Shown: piece after piece, positions 1 through 9,903 of the stretch
Layout: each line of letters begins with the position of its first letter
How positions within the stretch are numbered: the stretch's first letter is position 1
NCBI GenBank assembly: GCA_036677065.1
Contig: JAKFBS010000003.1
Coordinates: forward strand, 160,001-224,000
Reading direction: 5' to 3'
Source of the DNA: Bdellovibrio sp.
GTDB taxonomy: Bacteria; Bdellovibrionota; Bdellovibrionia; Bdellovibrionales; Bdellovibrionaceae
DNA length: 64,000 nucleotides
Translations under genes and position numbers: made by a program
The notes under the pieces: generated by a model
Database searches by the model: none
The model's input: only the letters and a program-made list of their open reading frames with translations
What the model was told of the DNA's origin: nothing

Positions 1-1
1 A

Positions 2-352
2 ATGGGTGGCGGTTCAATTCGTGTTTACAAACAAGAAATTCAAGCTGCAGTATTTCGTTTATTGGGATTATCTGATGAAGAAGCAAAAGCAAAATTCGGT
101 TTCTTCTTAGAAGCTTTAAAATACGGAACTCCTCCTCATGGCGGTATCGCTTGGGGTATGGATCGTTTAGTGATGTTATTAACTCAAACTGAAGCTATCC
201 GTGAAGTGATCGCATTCCCAAAAACAGCGCAAGCATCTTGCTTAATGTCAGACTGCCCAAGCCCAGTGAACCGCGATCAGCTAAATGAAGTAGGCGTAAA
301 GCTTAATGCTCAGGCTGAAAAGTTTTTAGAAGACAGAGCTGCGGCTAAATAG
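2..352 (+). CDS. aspS: Aspartate--tRNA ligase, C-terminal part (gene begins before the window)
   Basis: Class II aaRS motif 3 region GGGSIR...[16 protein letters not shown]...[10 protein letters not shown]. Confidence 0.95.
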   Translation: MGGGSIRVYKQEIQAAVFRLLGLSDEEAKAKFGFFLEALKYGTPPHGGIAWGMDRLVMLLTQTEAIREVIAFPKTAQASCLMSDCPSPVNRDQLNEVGVKLNAQAEKFLEDRAAAK

Positions 353-420
353 GTAGGCCGTACCTTTTTGGGGAGCAATGAGTCGAAGTTGCTTTACGAC
401 ATTCGGATTCTAAAATCATG

Positions 421-460
421 AGACCCAGTTAGTTTAACGATTAACTGGGTCTTTTTTTTG
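421..460 (+). terminator. Intrinsic terminator after aspS
   Basis: Stem AGACCCAGTTA / TAACTGGGTCT followed by a T-run. Confidence 0.85.
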
Positions 461-474
461 TATAGAGCTGATAC

Positions 475-789
475 ATGGATTATTTCAGAACAGATTGCAT
501 TAAGAGTTATTTTGAATTGGTTGCTTTGGTTAACAAGGGTAATCGGATTATCAACGAGCAGACCGAAGCAAAATTTTTCATTATTGAAGAAATTTTATTT
601 TTAGGAATAGATCAAACTCAGAAAATTCAACTTTGTAAAAGAAAAGATCATTGGTATCCGTGCAAAAATTCTGGTCATGAAAATTTTGAAAAATTTAATT
701 GTCAGGTCTTGAACAGATTTAAAATTGTGTCAGGTGAAGTTAACCAGCTTATCAAAAGTGAATTATTTAAAGAGTTTGATGATCTCTAA
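475..789 (+). CDS. Hypothetical protein (104 aa)
   Basis: AT-rich ORF with ATG start; no recognisable motif. Confidence 0.5.
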   Translation: MDYFRTDCIKSYFELVALVNKGNRIINEQTEAKFFIIEEILFLGIDQTQKIQLCKRKDHWYPCKNSGHENFEKFNCQVLNRFKIVSGEVNQLIKSELFKEFDDL

Positions 790-1131
790 ATATTCTTTGC
801 GAGCTTCATCAATATCAACTTCGTCAGGGCAGTCGCTGAATTTTAAATCGAATTCATTTGTAGTTAAATTAAGAAAAAAATTAACATTCGTATCGACATA
901 GCGTAAATGCGGTTCACTTCTTAATGGCGGATGCCATAAATGACCATAGGCTAATTTTTTATCGTGTAAGTTATCGAAAATCATTGAATGAACATCGTCA
1001 TCATTTTCAGGTAAAGTAATAATTTCGAATTCAGTGTCATTCTTAAATTGAAGGTAAACACAGTTGTCATTGTACAAATGACGGTGTCTTTTTACTGTTT
1101 CAATGTTCAGTATACTTTGTTCGTAGGTCAT
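763..1131 (-). CDS. Hypothetical acidic protein (122 aa)
   Basis: Protein-like ORF converging on 475-789 with a 27-nt overlap. Confidence 0.6.
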   Translation of the reverse strand: MTYEQSILNIETVKRHRHLYNDNCVYLQFKNDTEFEIITLPENDDDVHSMIFDNLHDKKLAYGHLWHPPLRSEPHLRYVDTNVNFFLNLTTNEFDLKFSDCPDEVDIDEARKEYLEIIKLFK

Positions 1132-1177
1132 ACGAACTTATCGGATTATATTAAGAATTCCTCGGCTGTTTCTAAGT

Positions 1178-2287
1178 CTAGTTTTCGAATTCCATCTGCT
1201 GTAAAGTGATTCCCATCTCTTCAACCGAAGTTAATTCATAGATTCCCTGAAGAGCGCGCTTTCCATTACGCTTTTCAACAACCACGATATTCTGAACAGT
1301 TAAACCAATAAGTCTGCGAATCGATTGTAATGACCATTGCGGCGCACCCATTTGAATCAGCATTTCTAAACGCAACAATGCTTCATGTGCTGTGCGCGCG
1401 TGAAGTGAACCAAAGCTGCCATCATGTCCGGTAGATAAAGCCATCAATAAAGCCGTGGCTTCTTCGCCACGAATTTCGCCGACACAAATACGATCGGGAC
1501 GAAGTCGTAACGCTTTTTTAATTAATTCGTTCATCGTTACATCTATTAATTTTTTAGTCGGATCAATACGGGTAAGTAACGAAGCATTTTGTGTAAAGAC
1601 AGGCTGCAATTCTTGAGTATCTTCAATAATCACCAAACGATCCTGCGACATTTCAGCAATCGCAGCCTGTAATAAGCTGGTTTTTCCTGAACCAGTGCCG
1701 CCAATGACTAAAAAGTTCTTCTTCTTACTAATGAGCTTTTGAATCGCAGAAATTTCTGCAGGCGTTGCCCAACCTTGAGCAGCCAAACGCTCAAACGTCC
1801 AGCGTGTTAAGGGCTGTTTACGAATCGAAACAATGTATTCGCCTCGGCAAATATCCGGAAAAAGCACTGTAATACGCAGATTATTCAGCTGCACTTCAAT
1901 AAACGGCTTTTCAGAGTTGATATAGGTGTTACAAAAACCACAAAGTTTTTCGATAAATTCTTTGTAACTGTTCACATCAAAAAAATGATCTTCGCTGCGT
2001 TGTAAAGAGCCCATTTTTTCAAAATAAATCTGATCAAACTGATTAATCAGAATCTCTGTTACCGCATCATCACTTAAAAGAGCAGTGATCGGGCCAAATC
2101 CGTTCAGCTCATTCAATATGCGCTCACGGATTGAATCATCTACAGTCTGCAAGTGCTCATCCAAAGACAGCGATAGGCTTTGCGCTTTAAGTTGCGGCGC
2201 TGCTTCGCTACCTGCATCCGCAGATAAAATCACTGATCTTTCACTGCGCAATTTATGAAATAGGTTTTTCGCTTGCTCTAAACTCAT
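1178..2287 (-). CDS. Tad/Flp pilus assembly ATPase, CpaF/TadA family
   Basis: Walker A GGTGSGKT, IIEDTQEL, ALRLRPDRICVGEIRG, TGHDGSFGSLHA; N-terminal GFGPI..LL.D..VTEILIN. Confidence 0.93.
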   Translation of the reverse strand: MSLEQAKNLFHKLRSERSVILSADAGSEAAPQLKAQSLSLSLDEHLQTVDDSIRERILNELNGFGPITALLSDDAVTEILINQFDQIYFEKMGSLQRSEDHFFDVNSYKEFIEKLCGFCNTYINSEKPFIEVQLNNLRITVLFPDICRGEYIVSIRKQPLTRWTFERLAAQGWATPAEISAIQKLISKKKNFLVIGGTGSGKTSLLQAAIAEMSQDRLVIIEDTQELQPVFTQNASLLTRIDPTKKLIDVTMNELIKKALRLRPDRICVGEIRGEEATALLMALSTGHDGSFGSLHARTAHEALLRLEMLIQMGAPQWSLQSIRRLIGLTVQNIVVVEKRNGKRALQGIYELTSVEEMGITLQQMEFEN

Positions 2288-3531
2288 TCGAATATCTCTG
2301 GCGTTACAAAGATCATCATTTCAGTTTCATTTTCGCGAAAGCCTTGGCTAGAAAATAGTTTTCCAAGCACAGGAATCTGGCTTAAGTAAGGTAATCCCGT
2401 AGCGGCTTCGCCAATACCGTTATGAATTAACCCAGATAAAACAATCGTGCGCGATTTCACTAAATCAAAATGACTTGAAACGCGGTTTGCAGAAATTCCT
2501 GGAACGCCGTCAACAGCTTTAGATTCATCAGGTGTCGAAACCTCAGTTTCAATCGCAATACTCATTTGTCCTAGTGGATCAACAACAGGTTTAATCTTAA
2601 GACTTACGCCGTATTTTTTCCACACCACCTCGCGCGTTTTATGTCTGGTTAATACAATAGGAATTTCGCCACCAGCAAAGAATTCAGCTTCTTTGCCATT
2701 ACGGCAAATTAACGTGGGGCTGGCTAATGTCTTAGAATTTCCAGAAGATTCTTCAGCGCTTAAAAACAAATCAATAGACTGATCAAAGGTTACTTTTGAA
2801 TCAATCAGCTGGCCGCCGATCACTTTTTGCCATTCGATACCTAGTTTACGCGCGGTAGATTTTTTTATTTCGACAAATTTAACTGAAACTTTAATGTTAT
2901 CGCTGATTTCAATTTTATTTGGGTTATCTTGGGTAAATAAACCCACTTGATGCGTTTGATTGCGGCTGGTGATGCTGTTGTCTTTCGAAGACAGCACAGC
3001 TTTCCAAGGCGTCGACGAAAATATAATTTTAGGAGGTGTTATTTCGTGGTTTCTAAAATACTGAATATACCATTTTTCAACTTCAGCAGTTAATTTTTCA
3101 TTCATGGTTAATTTTAAAAATAATGAAGCATTCTTTTCTTCCATCTGCGAGATAATCTTCTTAAAATCCTCTAAAGAAAATATCTCACCTTTTAAACACA
3201 GAGTTTGTTCGCAGAACGACACACTTAATTGCGGGCTTTTGCGGGTTAATTGATTCCAGATTTTATAAGAGCCTTTAAAGCCTGTCGGAACAGACAAAAT
3301 AACCATTTCTTTCTGATCAATACGAATTTTCGATGAGCCCAAAGCTAATGGCTTTAACGTGACTGAACTTCCGCTTCCCGAAGCTGAAAATATTTTAGGG
3401 TTTTCAATCCACAGCTTATGCGACACATTTTTTAAAACATGTTCATCGCCCATTTCGACCATAATATCATAGTTAGGTGCGGCCAGAGCGAAACTTACAG
3501 GAAGCAACAAGCATAAGAGTAGTGTTTTCAT
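2284..3531 (-). CDS. Secretin, CpaC/RcpA-like (type II/III secretin family)
   Basis: Signal peptide MKTLLLCLLLPVSFALA; C-terminal secretin motifs FFAGGEIP, IVLSGLI, GLPYLSQIPVLGKLFSS, IFVTP; ATGA overlap with the ATPase. Confidence 0.9.
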   Translation of the reverse strand: MKTLLLCLLLPVSFALAAPNYDIMVEMGDEHVLKNVSHKLWIENPKIFSASGSGSSVTLKPLALGSSKIRIDQKEMVILSVPTGFKGSYKIWNQLTRKSPQLSVSFCEQTLCLKGEIFSLEDFKKIISQMEEKNASLFLKLTMNEKLTAEVEKWYIQYFRNHEITPPKIIFSSTPWKAVLSSKDNSITSRNQTHQVGLFTQDNPNKIEISDNIKVSVKFVEIKKSTARKLGIEWQKVIGGQLIDSKVTFDQSIDLFLSAEESSGNSKTLASPTLICRNGKEAEFFAGGEIPIVLTRHKTREVVWKKYGVSLKIKPVVDPLGQMSIAIETEVSTPDESKAVDGVPGISANRVSSHFDLVKSRTIVLSGLIHNGIGEAATGLPYLSQIPVLGKLFSSQGFRENETEMMIFVTPEIFE

Positions 3532-3591
3532 AGCCAAAGAACAGTTCATAAACTGTTCCAGCGACTAGTGACCTAAACTAAATGAAATATC

Positions 3592-4704
3592 CTATTTCCG
3601 GATTTCCGGAAGAACAAAGCGGACGCTGACGCCGTTATCCGTATTGCTGATTTCAAGACGGCCCTGATGGGCTTTTAATAACGTCTGGCAAATAGTTAAA
3701 CCTAAACCCATGCCGACTGAATGATTCATTACATTTTCATCTAAAGTGAACGGGCTTAAGATTTTATCTAAGACATTTTGTGAAATTTTAGGTCCTAAAT
3801 TTTGGATTTCAACCACCACATTTTTATCTTCTAAACGAGACGACACTTTAATTGCGCTTTGCGCTTGGCCAAATTTAGTGGCGTTATGCAGGGCGCGAGT
3901 CACTAAGATACGAATATACTGGGCATCAGCTTCAATAGTTTCAACAGCCAGATCATAATCAATTTTTTGTCCTTTAGTGGCCATCATCTTGGCCATATCT
4001 TCAGGCAGCTGTTCGAAGAATGATTTAATTTTTAACGTTTCATAGCGAATCGGGATCTGGCCAAGTTCACCTTTGACGATTAATAACACATCATCGACGA
4101 TGCCTTTAAGTTTATCTGCCGACTTATTAATGCGATCTACAAACAAAGCCTGTTCGTCTGATAATGAAGACTCGCGTAATAAACCAGAAAAACTTAAAAT
4201 CGAAGTCAGCGGTGTTTTTAACTCATGATTTATCAAAATCATAAATTGCGATTTTGTTTTATCTAAAGATTGCAGCTCTAATAAGGCATCTTCAAGGGCT
4301 CTGTTTTTTTCTTTTAATTCTTTACGCAGAGTTAATTTTTCGTAAGCATTTTCTAAATTCTTTTGTAAATCTACAGGATCCCACGGTTTGGTGATGTATT
4401 TGTAGATCTGACCTTTATTAATCGCTTCGATCACAGATTCAATATCAGTGTAGCCAGTTAACAAAATCCGGATTGAATCGGGGTGGGTCACAATAGATTT
4501 TTCTAAAAACTCAGTGCCAGTAATCAGCGGCATGCGCTGATCAGAAATAATAATCGAGATATCTGGATTTTGGTCGAGATGAGTAAATGCATCTTGCGGA
4601 GTTGAAGCTTTAAATACGTTAAAACGCTTACGAAGCAAGCGTTCCATAGCATCCAGATTATCTACTTCATCATCAAGAAACAAAAGCTTCGGTTTATCCA
4701 TCAC
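3592..4704 (-). CDS. Hybrid response regulator/sensor histidine kinase (REC-HisKA-HATPase)
   Basis: REC LFLDDE...ISDQRMP...LTGY..KPW; H-box INHELKTPL; N-box HNATKF; G-box GMGLGL. Confidence 0.93.
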   Translation of the reverse strand: MMDKPKLLFLDDEVDNLDAMERLLRKRFNVFKASTPQDAFTHLDQNPDISIIISDQRMPLITGTEFLEKSIVTHPDSIRILLTGYTDIESVIEAINKGQIYKYITKPWDPVDLQKNLENAYEKLTLRKELKEKNRALEDALLELQSLDKTKSQFMILINHELKTPLTSILSFSGLLRESSLSDEQALFVDRINKSADKLKGIVDDVLLIVKGELGQIPIRYETLKIKSFFEQLPEDMAKMMATKGQKIDYDLAVETIEADAQYIRILVTRALHNATKFGQAQSAIKVSSRLEDKNVVVEIQNLGPKISQNVLDKILSPFTLDENVMNHSVGMGLGLTICQTLLKAHQGRLEISNTDNGVSVRFVLPEIRK

Positions 4705-4873
4705 TTGATGCTAACGAATGAAAAAAATCCGGTCCAGCTGCGAATTTGCGAGCTGTCCTTTGGGCTACAGACCATAGACTAATTTTATTTACTGGACCCT
4801 GTAACTATCGCATAGACCTGTCGAAAAGTGATACGATGATCTAGTTATACGTGTACCTATATGAGGAGACTCT

Positions 4874-7165
4874 ATGTCGTTGAAAAACATAATTAATTTT
4901 CTTCTTACAAGCGTGTTTGCTTTTGTATTCTCGCTCAGCTTTGTAAGTGAAAAAGCGCAAGCTCAGTTTAATGCTTATGCTAATGCAGGCGTTAACGTTG
5001 GCGGTGGTGCAGGCTACTACGGTGGCGGCGGCGGAGGCGGTGGTCTTTGGGGATCAGGCTATTCTGGCGGACAACAAGGTTGTGGCTACCCGTGGAAGCA
5101 AGGTTCTGGCGCGACAAGCGTATCTGATGAAGAAAAAGAAGAACGTCGCAGAATCTCTGATTTACAAAAAGATTTGAAAGCTCGTCAACTAGAGAAAAAA
5201 CGTGCTGAAACAGAAATGCAATTTGCCGCCCGTAAACTTGAAAGACAATTCGACGGCGAAATTTTAGATTTCTTATTAGAGACTCATATCGAAAAAGGTA
5301 ATACTTGTAACGATTACGTAACGGCTCCAAATTTAAATTGTAATGCTCAAACAGGAACAACTGCAGTAGCTACAGGTTCTGCTTCTGTAGATCCAGCAAC
5401 CGGCCAACAAGTTGTAACAACGACTACAGCTGTAACGGCTTCTGCTGATTGCGCAAGTAAAGATGATGTTCCTGAAAAATTACGTCCTAACTGGAATAAC
5501 AAATATTGTGCTGCCAAAAATAAATCTGATGGCGGTAAAGTTTATCCGGCGATCTGTGCTGATAAAACTTTAAAACCAGACGACAGAAAATCATCTTCGT
5601 ACTCAACAACTGAGTGCGGAAGACAATTAGCTGATTATCGTAAATTTCGTATCAAACGTGATGAAGCACAGGCAAAAATTGAACGTGCTGAAGATGAAAT
5701 GCGTGACCGTGAATACGCTATCTCTGATGCCAGAGAGCGTGCAAAAATCGAACGTGAATATCGCGCTAAAACTCAATTAGAAGGCGAATGTGAAGATTGC
5801 GGAAGCGGCGATCGTGATGGCGGCTATCAAAAACCAAAACGTGACTGGGTTTCTATCTTAGGAACCATCGGTGTTGGTTTAGGTTTAGGTTACGTCGGTA
5901 AACAATATGATGAACGTAATGCAGAATACTCTGCACAATTAGGTTACCCACCTGCACAAGGTTACCCAACTGCAGTGAGCATGGGTTTTCCATTTATCTT
6001 AGCTGGTGCTTACGGTGCGATTAACGGTGGATCTGGTCTTGGCGGATTCGGTTGCGGCGCGGGTATGAACGGCGGCGGTTTCCCTTACGGAGCTGGCGGC
6101 GGAATGGGTGGACCATTCGGCGGACCAATGGGTGCATATGGTCCTTACGGTCCAGGTGGCGCCTTCGGATATCCTCAAGGACAATTCGGTTCTCCATGGG
6201 GCGGCGGAATGTACCCTCCAGGTTACGGCCCGGGTGGAATGATGGCTGGTCCAAATGGCGGATGGCCATATGGATTCGGAAATGGAATGGCAGTTAATGG
6301 CGTAGTTAATGGCGGATTCGGAAACCAAGCTGGTGGATTTCAAATGCCAGGTGGATTCCAAATGCCGGGTGGTGGTTTTCAGATGCCAGGCGGATTCCAA
6401 ATGCCAGGTGGTTTTGTAAATGGTGGACTCAACGGTGGTTTTCAGATGCCAGGTGGATTCCAAATGCCGGGTGGTTTTCAGATGCCGGGTGGATTCCAAA
6501 TGCCAGGTGGCGGATTTGTAAACGGTGGACTCGCTGTTAACGGCGGTTTTCCAACCAACGGTGGATTCCCAATGAACGGAAGCCAAATGACGTGTATGCA
6601 GTGGCCATGTCCAGGTATCGGCGTTGCAGCTAACGGCGGCTTTGCAGCCAATGGCGGATTTCCAATGAACGGCGGCTTACCAGTGATGGGTATGCAGCAA
6701 ATGGGAATGCAAATGCAAAACCCACAAATGCAATTACAAATGTTACAAATGCAACAGCAACAAGCTCAAATGCAAATGCAATATTACCAACAGCAAATTC
6801 AAGCTCAGCAACAACAGTATCAACGTCAAATTCAGGTTCAAATGCAGGCTCAACAAGTTCAGCAAGAGATCCAGAATTTACAAATGCGCTTACAGATGCT
6901 TTACACAGGAGCATATTCTGGTGGCTCATCGGGTGGCGGGTACTACGGTTCAGGTTCTTTAGGTGGATCAATCGGTGTTGCCGCACCTTCAGTAGGTGGA
7001 GCAACTGGTGGAGTTCAATATGGTTCGCCGACTTCAACACCACCGAACTTTATCCCAGGTGGTGGTGCTGGATACCAACAAAGTTATCCGCAGCCAACAT
7101 ATCCAACTTACCCACCAGCGGGTGGACAAGTAACTGTTCCAACGCCATCAGGTGGCGGAAGATAG
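4874..7165 (+). CDS. Secreted low-complexity Gly/Gln/Pro-rich protein with coiled coils and a Cys-containing domain
   Basis: SD GAGGAG upstream; signal peptide ending AQA; 763-aa ORF; GGFQMP repeats; Q-rich stretch; followed by a terminator. Confidence 0.88.
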   Translation: MSLKNIINFLLTSVFAFVFSLSFVSEKAQAQFNAYANAGVNVGGGAGYYGGGGGGGGLWGSGYSGGQQGCGYPWKQGSGATSVSDEEKEERRRISDLQKDLKARQLEKKRAETEMQFAARKLERQFDGEILDFLLETHIEKGNTCNDYVTAPNLNCNAQTGTTAVATGSASVDPATGQQVVTTTTAVTASADCASKDDVPEKLRPNWNNKYCAAKNKSDGGKVYPAICADKTLKPDDRKSSSYSTTECGRQLADYRKFRIKRDEAQAKIERAEDEMRDREYAISDARERAKIEREYRAKTQLEGECEDCGSGDRDGGYQKPKRDWVSILGTIGVGLGLGYVGKQYDERNAEYSAQLGYPPAQGYPTAVSMGFPFILAGAYGAINGGSGLGGFGCGAGMNGGGFPYGAGGGMGGPFGGPMGAYGPYGPGGAFGYPQGQFGSPWGGGMYPPGYGPGGMMAGPNGGWPYGFGNGMAVNGVVNGGFGNQAGGFQMPGGFQMPGGGFQMPGGFQMPGGFVNGGLNGGFQMPGGFQMPGGFQMPGGFQMPGGGFVNGGLAVNGGFPTNGGFPMNGSQMTCMQWPCPGIGVAANGGFAANGGFPMNGGLPVMGMQQMGMQMQNPQMQLQMLQMQQQQAQMQMQYYQQQIQAQQQQYQRQIQVQMQAQQVQQEIQNLQMRLQMLYTGAYSGGSSGGGYYGSGSLGGSIGVAAPSVGGATGGVQYGSPTSTPPNFIPGGGAGYQQSYPQPTYPTYPPAGGQVTVPTPSGGGR
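6332..6531 (+). repeat. Coding tandem repeat: 8 copies of (G)GGFQMP in two blocks, each ending GGFVNGGL
   Basis: Repeated ggtggattccaaatgcca/ggtggttttcagatgcca units with synonymous variation. Confidence 0.9.
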
Positions 7166-7188
7166 TTTTAGGTTAATCTAAAATGTAC

Positions 7189-7220
7189 AAAGGCTGAGCT
7201 TAAAAAACTCAGCCTTTTTT
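7189..7220 (+). terminator. Intrinsic terminator
   Basis: AAAGGCTGAG-loop-CTCAGCCTTT followed by a T-run. Confidence 0.85.
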
Positions 7221-7248
7221 ATTTGGTAAAATATGATAAAACCAATCT

Positions 7249-8511
7249 ATGTCTGAAATGATCACCAATTGTTTTGATAGCCACACGCATTTTTTAGCCA
7301 CGGGCCAAGTCGCGCTTGAGCTGTCATTACGTGATCTCAAATCAGCAGACGATGTAAAAAATCTTAAAATTGAAAAACATCATTACCGTGGTGATTGGTT
7401 AGTTGGCTTTGGTTGGAATCACAATAACTGGACTTCACAAGAATTGCCGAATAAGTCTCAATTAGATCGGTTGTTTCCCGATACACCAGTTTATTTTTCA
7501 CGAGTTGATGGCCATAGCGCCTGGATCAATTCAAAAGCGATTGCCCTCTTGAATATTCAAGGTGAATGTTCAGGTATCTTACTTGAACACGATCATATTA
7601 ATGCCTTATTTAAATTGCCAGAATACAGTGATCAGCAATTAACCCAGTTTTTACTTAAAGCTGGCGAAATTTTTAATACCGGTGGGTTTACCCATGTGCG
7701 TGATATGTCGATGAACTATCGCCAGTGGCAATTGCAAAAAACACTGTGCGAAGAAAACAAATTAAAAATTTACTGCGAAGGTTTTGTTACCGTTGAATCA
7801 CCTTCAGATTTTGATCGCGGTTTTGCTGAATATCAAAAATGCATTGATGACCCTTGTGCGCAATTAAAAGTTAAAGGCTTAAAAATCTTTATCGATGGTT
7901 CATTGGGTTCAAAAACAGCGTATCTATCACAAAATTATGTCGGCGATACTCAGCGTGGTTTATTACTTTGGAAAGCCAGCGATATTAAATTAGCGATTGC
8001 TTACTGCTGGCGTAATAAAATGGAAATCGCTATTCACTGCATCGGTGATGAGGCTGCACACACGGTGGCATTATGTGCGCGCGAAGTGTCTGCTGCGGGT
8101 TTACTGGGTAAGATTCATCTAGAGCATGCGCAGTTGCTGCGACCTGAAACCATTCCGTTGCTGAAGCCGTTGCACGTGTATATGCATATGCAGCCCTGTC
8201 ACTGGTTATCAGATCATGCGTGGTTACCAGGTACCATTGGTGATCTGACAAAATATTTATTTCAATGGGAAGCTTTAAGAAAAAACCGCATTCATGTCGA
8301 TTTCGGTTCAGATTCGCCGATTGAGCCCACAAATTTATTGTTAACTCGAAAAGCTTTAAACGAGAGTGCTAAGCAGATTCCAGTACCGTCTGAAGATTGG
8401 AAGCGTTTTCACACTTATCCAACTTCTGGGTGGGGACAGTGCCAAACCGAATTTGATGATCAGGGTATTATCAGTATTCAGTTTAACGGCGAAACTATTC
8501 AGATCCGATAG
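7249..8511 (+). CDS. Amidohydrolase family protein (YtcJ-like, Amidohydro_3)
   Basis: DSHTHF, RVDGHSAWINS, KIFIDGSLGSKTA, AIHCIGD, LEHAQ, MQPCH, GSDSP motifs. Confidence 0.9.
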   Translation: MSEMITNCFDSHTHFLATGQVALELSLRDLKSADDVKNLKIEKHHYRGDWLVGFGWNHNNWTSQELPNKSQLDRLFPDTPVYFSRVDGHSAWINSKAIALLNIQGECSGILLEHDHINALFKLPEYSDQQLTQFLLKAGEIFNTGGFTHVRDMSMNYRQWQLQKTLCEENKLKIYCEGFVTVESPSDFDRGFAEYQKCIDDPCAQLKVKGLKIFIDGSLGSKTAYLSQNYVGDTQRGLLLWKASDIKLAIAYCWRNKMEIAIHCIGDEAAHTVALCAREVSAAGLLGKIHLEHAQLLRPETIPLLKPLHVYMHMQPCHWLSDHAWLPGTIGDLTKYLFQWEALRKNRIHVDFGSDSPIEPTNLLLTRKALNESAKQIPVPSEDWKRFHTYPTSGWGQCQTEFDDQGIISIQFNGETIQIR

Positions 8512-9256
8512 ACACCTCGTAAGATTTTAAAAAGAATGCGGTGGCAACGGCTGCAAGGCCTATCAGGTATTTATTTTTATTCTCTTTAAAGTGATCCACC
8601 ATTAAGTCTGAACCCCAATTGTATTTTTGTGTCATGCTACAACCTTCAGAAAAATGCGGAATCACCTGTAAATCAAGCTGGCTCACAAATTCTGTGTAGC
8701 GCGGGTGATCGCAATCGCCGTTTAAGAAATATTTTTTCTCATCATTTTCAGTGTAAGAAATGTAATCCAATTCAATATGCTTAATTTCGTTTAAATAAGA
8801 ATCAAGGCGCATACGATTCTGTAAGTTATTCGCGATATTAACGCCTGCGATGAGAAGTATTTTATCTGAAGCTTCTTCTTTAGTGCTTTCCAGAATGGTG
8901 TGCAATTTTTTAAGCTTACTTGCTTGGCTATTATTAGGCGCAATTTTTTCACTCGCTAAAATTAGGTTTTTAATTTGATCTAAGGTAAGATCATCTTCTT
9001 TTAAACTTAAATTTAAATTTTTACCAAACTCTGCAACATAATTCTTGTTGTCTAAATCAAACGTTTCGATCAAACGATCAAAGTGCGGCGTTTGTCTTTG
9101 TTTTAATTTTGAAAAGTCTTGTGGTAAACAAAGATATCCATTTTTTTCACAGATTTTTTTATAATCTGAAAGCGGCGTGTTTTTATTGGCCACTAATAAA
9201 ACTTCAGCTTGAGAAAAACTCGTGATCGTTAATAGTAATAAAAATAAATATTTCAT
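8495..9256 (-). CDS. Secreted/membrane-anchored hypothetical protein in the Tad locus
   Basis: Signal peptide ending SQA; C-terminal hydrophobic helix; co-oriented with the pilin genes. Confidence 0.75.
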   Translation of the reverse strand: MKYLFLLLLTITSFSQAEVLLVANKNTPLSDYKKICEKNGYLCLPQDFSKLKQRQTPHFDRLIETFDLDNKNYVAEFGKNLNLSLKEDDLTLDQIKNLILASEKIAPNNSQASKLKKLHTILESTKEEASDKILLIAGVNIANNLQNRMRLDSYLNEIKHIELDYISYTENDEKKYFLNGDCDHPRYTEFVSQLDLQVIPHFSEGCSMTQKYNWGSDLMVDHFKENKNKYLIGLAAVATAFFLKSYEVSIGSE

Positions 9257-9259
9257 AAA

Positions 9260-9745
9260 TCAGCCCCCGTTATATTCAATTTTTACAGTTTTTTTAGTTT
9301 GCACTTGCTCGCTCACCGCCGGATTAGCGCTTGTTTCAGTCTTATTTTGAATGACTGCGAAAAATGGCCCATCATACTGCATCAGCACACTTGATAAATG
9401 ATCTGGTAGCAGTAACGAATAAGCATGCAGGTTATTTGGTGCGCGTAAAATTTTAACTTTTTGAAAGATTTTTTTAGAATTACGAGAATTACTTTTACCT
9501 AAGTAAATATCTACGACGCCGTAGCTTTCAATTAAGCTTGCGATAGCTGCGATATTTTCTAACTCGATCGGCACCAAGGCGTAGCCATTAGGAATAAGCG
9601 TATCTACGGTTAATAGCTTTTCTTGTGCAGGTTTGGCGTCAGAACCAACGGTTGTGTAAATATAGACAAACACAAAAAATAAAAACATAAACACAAAATA
9701 TTTATGCTGTTGTAAGGATTGTTTAAGGCGAGTTTTGATATCCAT
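9260..9745 (-). CDS. Membrane-anchored protein, possibly CpaB/RcpC-like
   Basis: N-terminal TM helix; 'TLIPNGYALVPIEL...SLI...VVDIY' resembles the RcpC C-domain; lies in the pilin operon. Confidence 0.6.
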   Translation of the reverse strand: MDIKTRLKQSLQQHKYFVFMFLFFVFVYIYTTVGSDAKPAQEKLLTVDTLIPNGYALVPIELENIAAIASLIESYGVVDIYLGKSNSRNSKKIFQKVKILRAPNNLHAYSLLLPDHLSSVLMQYDGPFFAVIQNKTETSANPAVSEQVQTKKTVKIEYNGG

Positions 9746-9903
9746 TAGTGACTTCCTTTTACAGATTTAGAAATTTTGTATTGATCAGACATCGCGCGCT
9801 GGTTTTTAGAAAGCGTCATGATTGCGGTGGCCAGTGCCGTAAAAAGCACAATTGTTAAAACAAATTCGGCGATCACTTGTCCGCGTTGATTTTTAAGCCC
9901 CAT
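9745..9903 (-). CDS. Small TadE/Flp-like pseudopilin, 52 aa (not in the ORF track)
   Basis: Translated by hand: MGLKNQRG/QVIAEFVLTIVLFTALATAIMTLSKNQRAMSDQYKISKSVKGSH; prepilin G|xxxxE motif; TAATG overlap with the next gene. Confidence 0.85.
   Translation of the reverse strand: MGLKNQRGQVIAEFVLTIVLFTALATAIMTLSKNQRAMSDQYKISKSVKGSH

Noticed and set aside
6332..6531. DGR or contingency-type hypervariable repeat
   Set aside because: No reverse transcriptase nearby; differences between units are synonymous rather than adenine-specific.
5999..7043. Antisense ORFs with TWHLES repeats over the Gly-rich gene (5999-6586, 6021-6269, 6630-7043)
   Set aside because: Shadow frames of the GGFQMP and Gln-rich coding repeats; no independent support.
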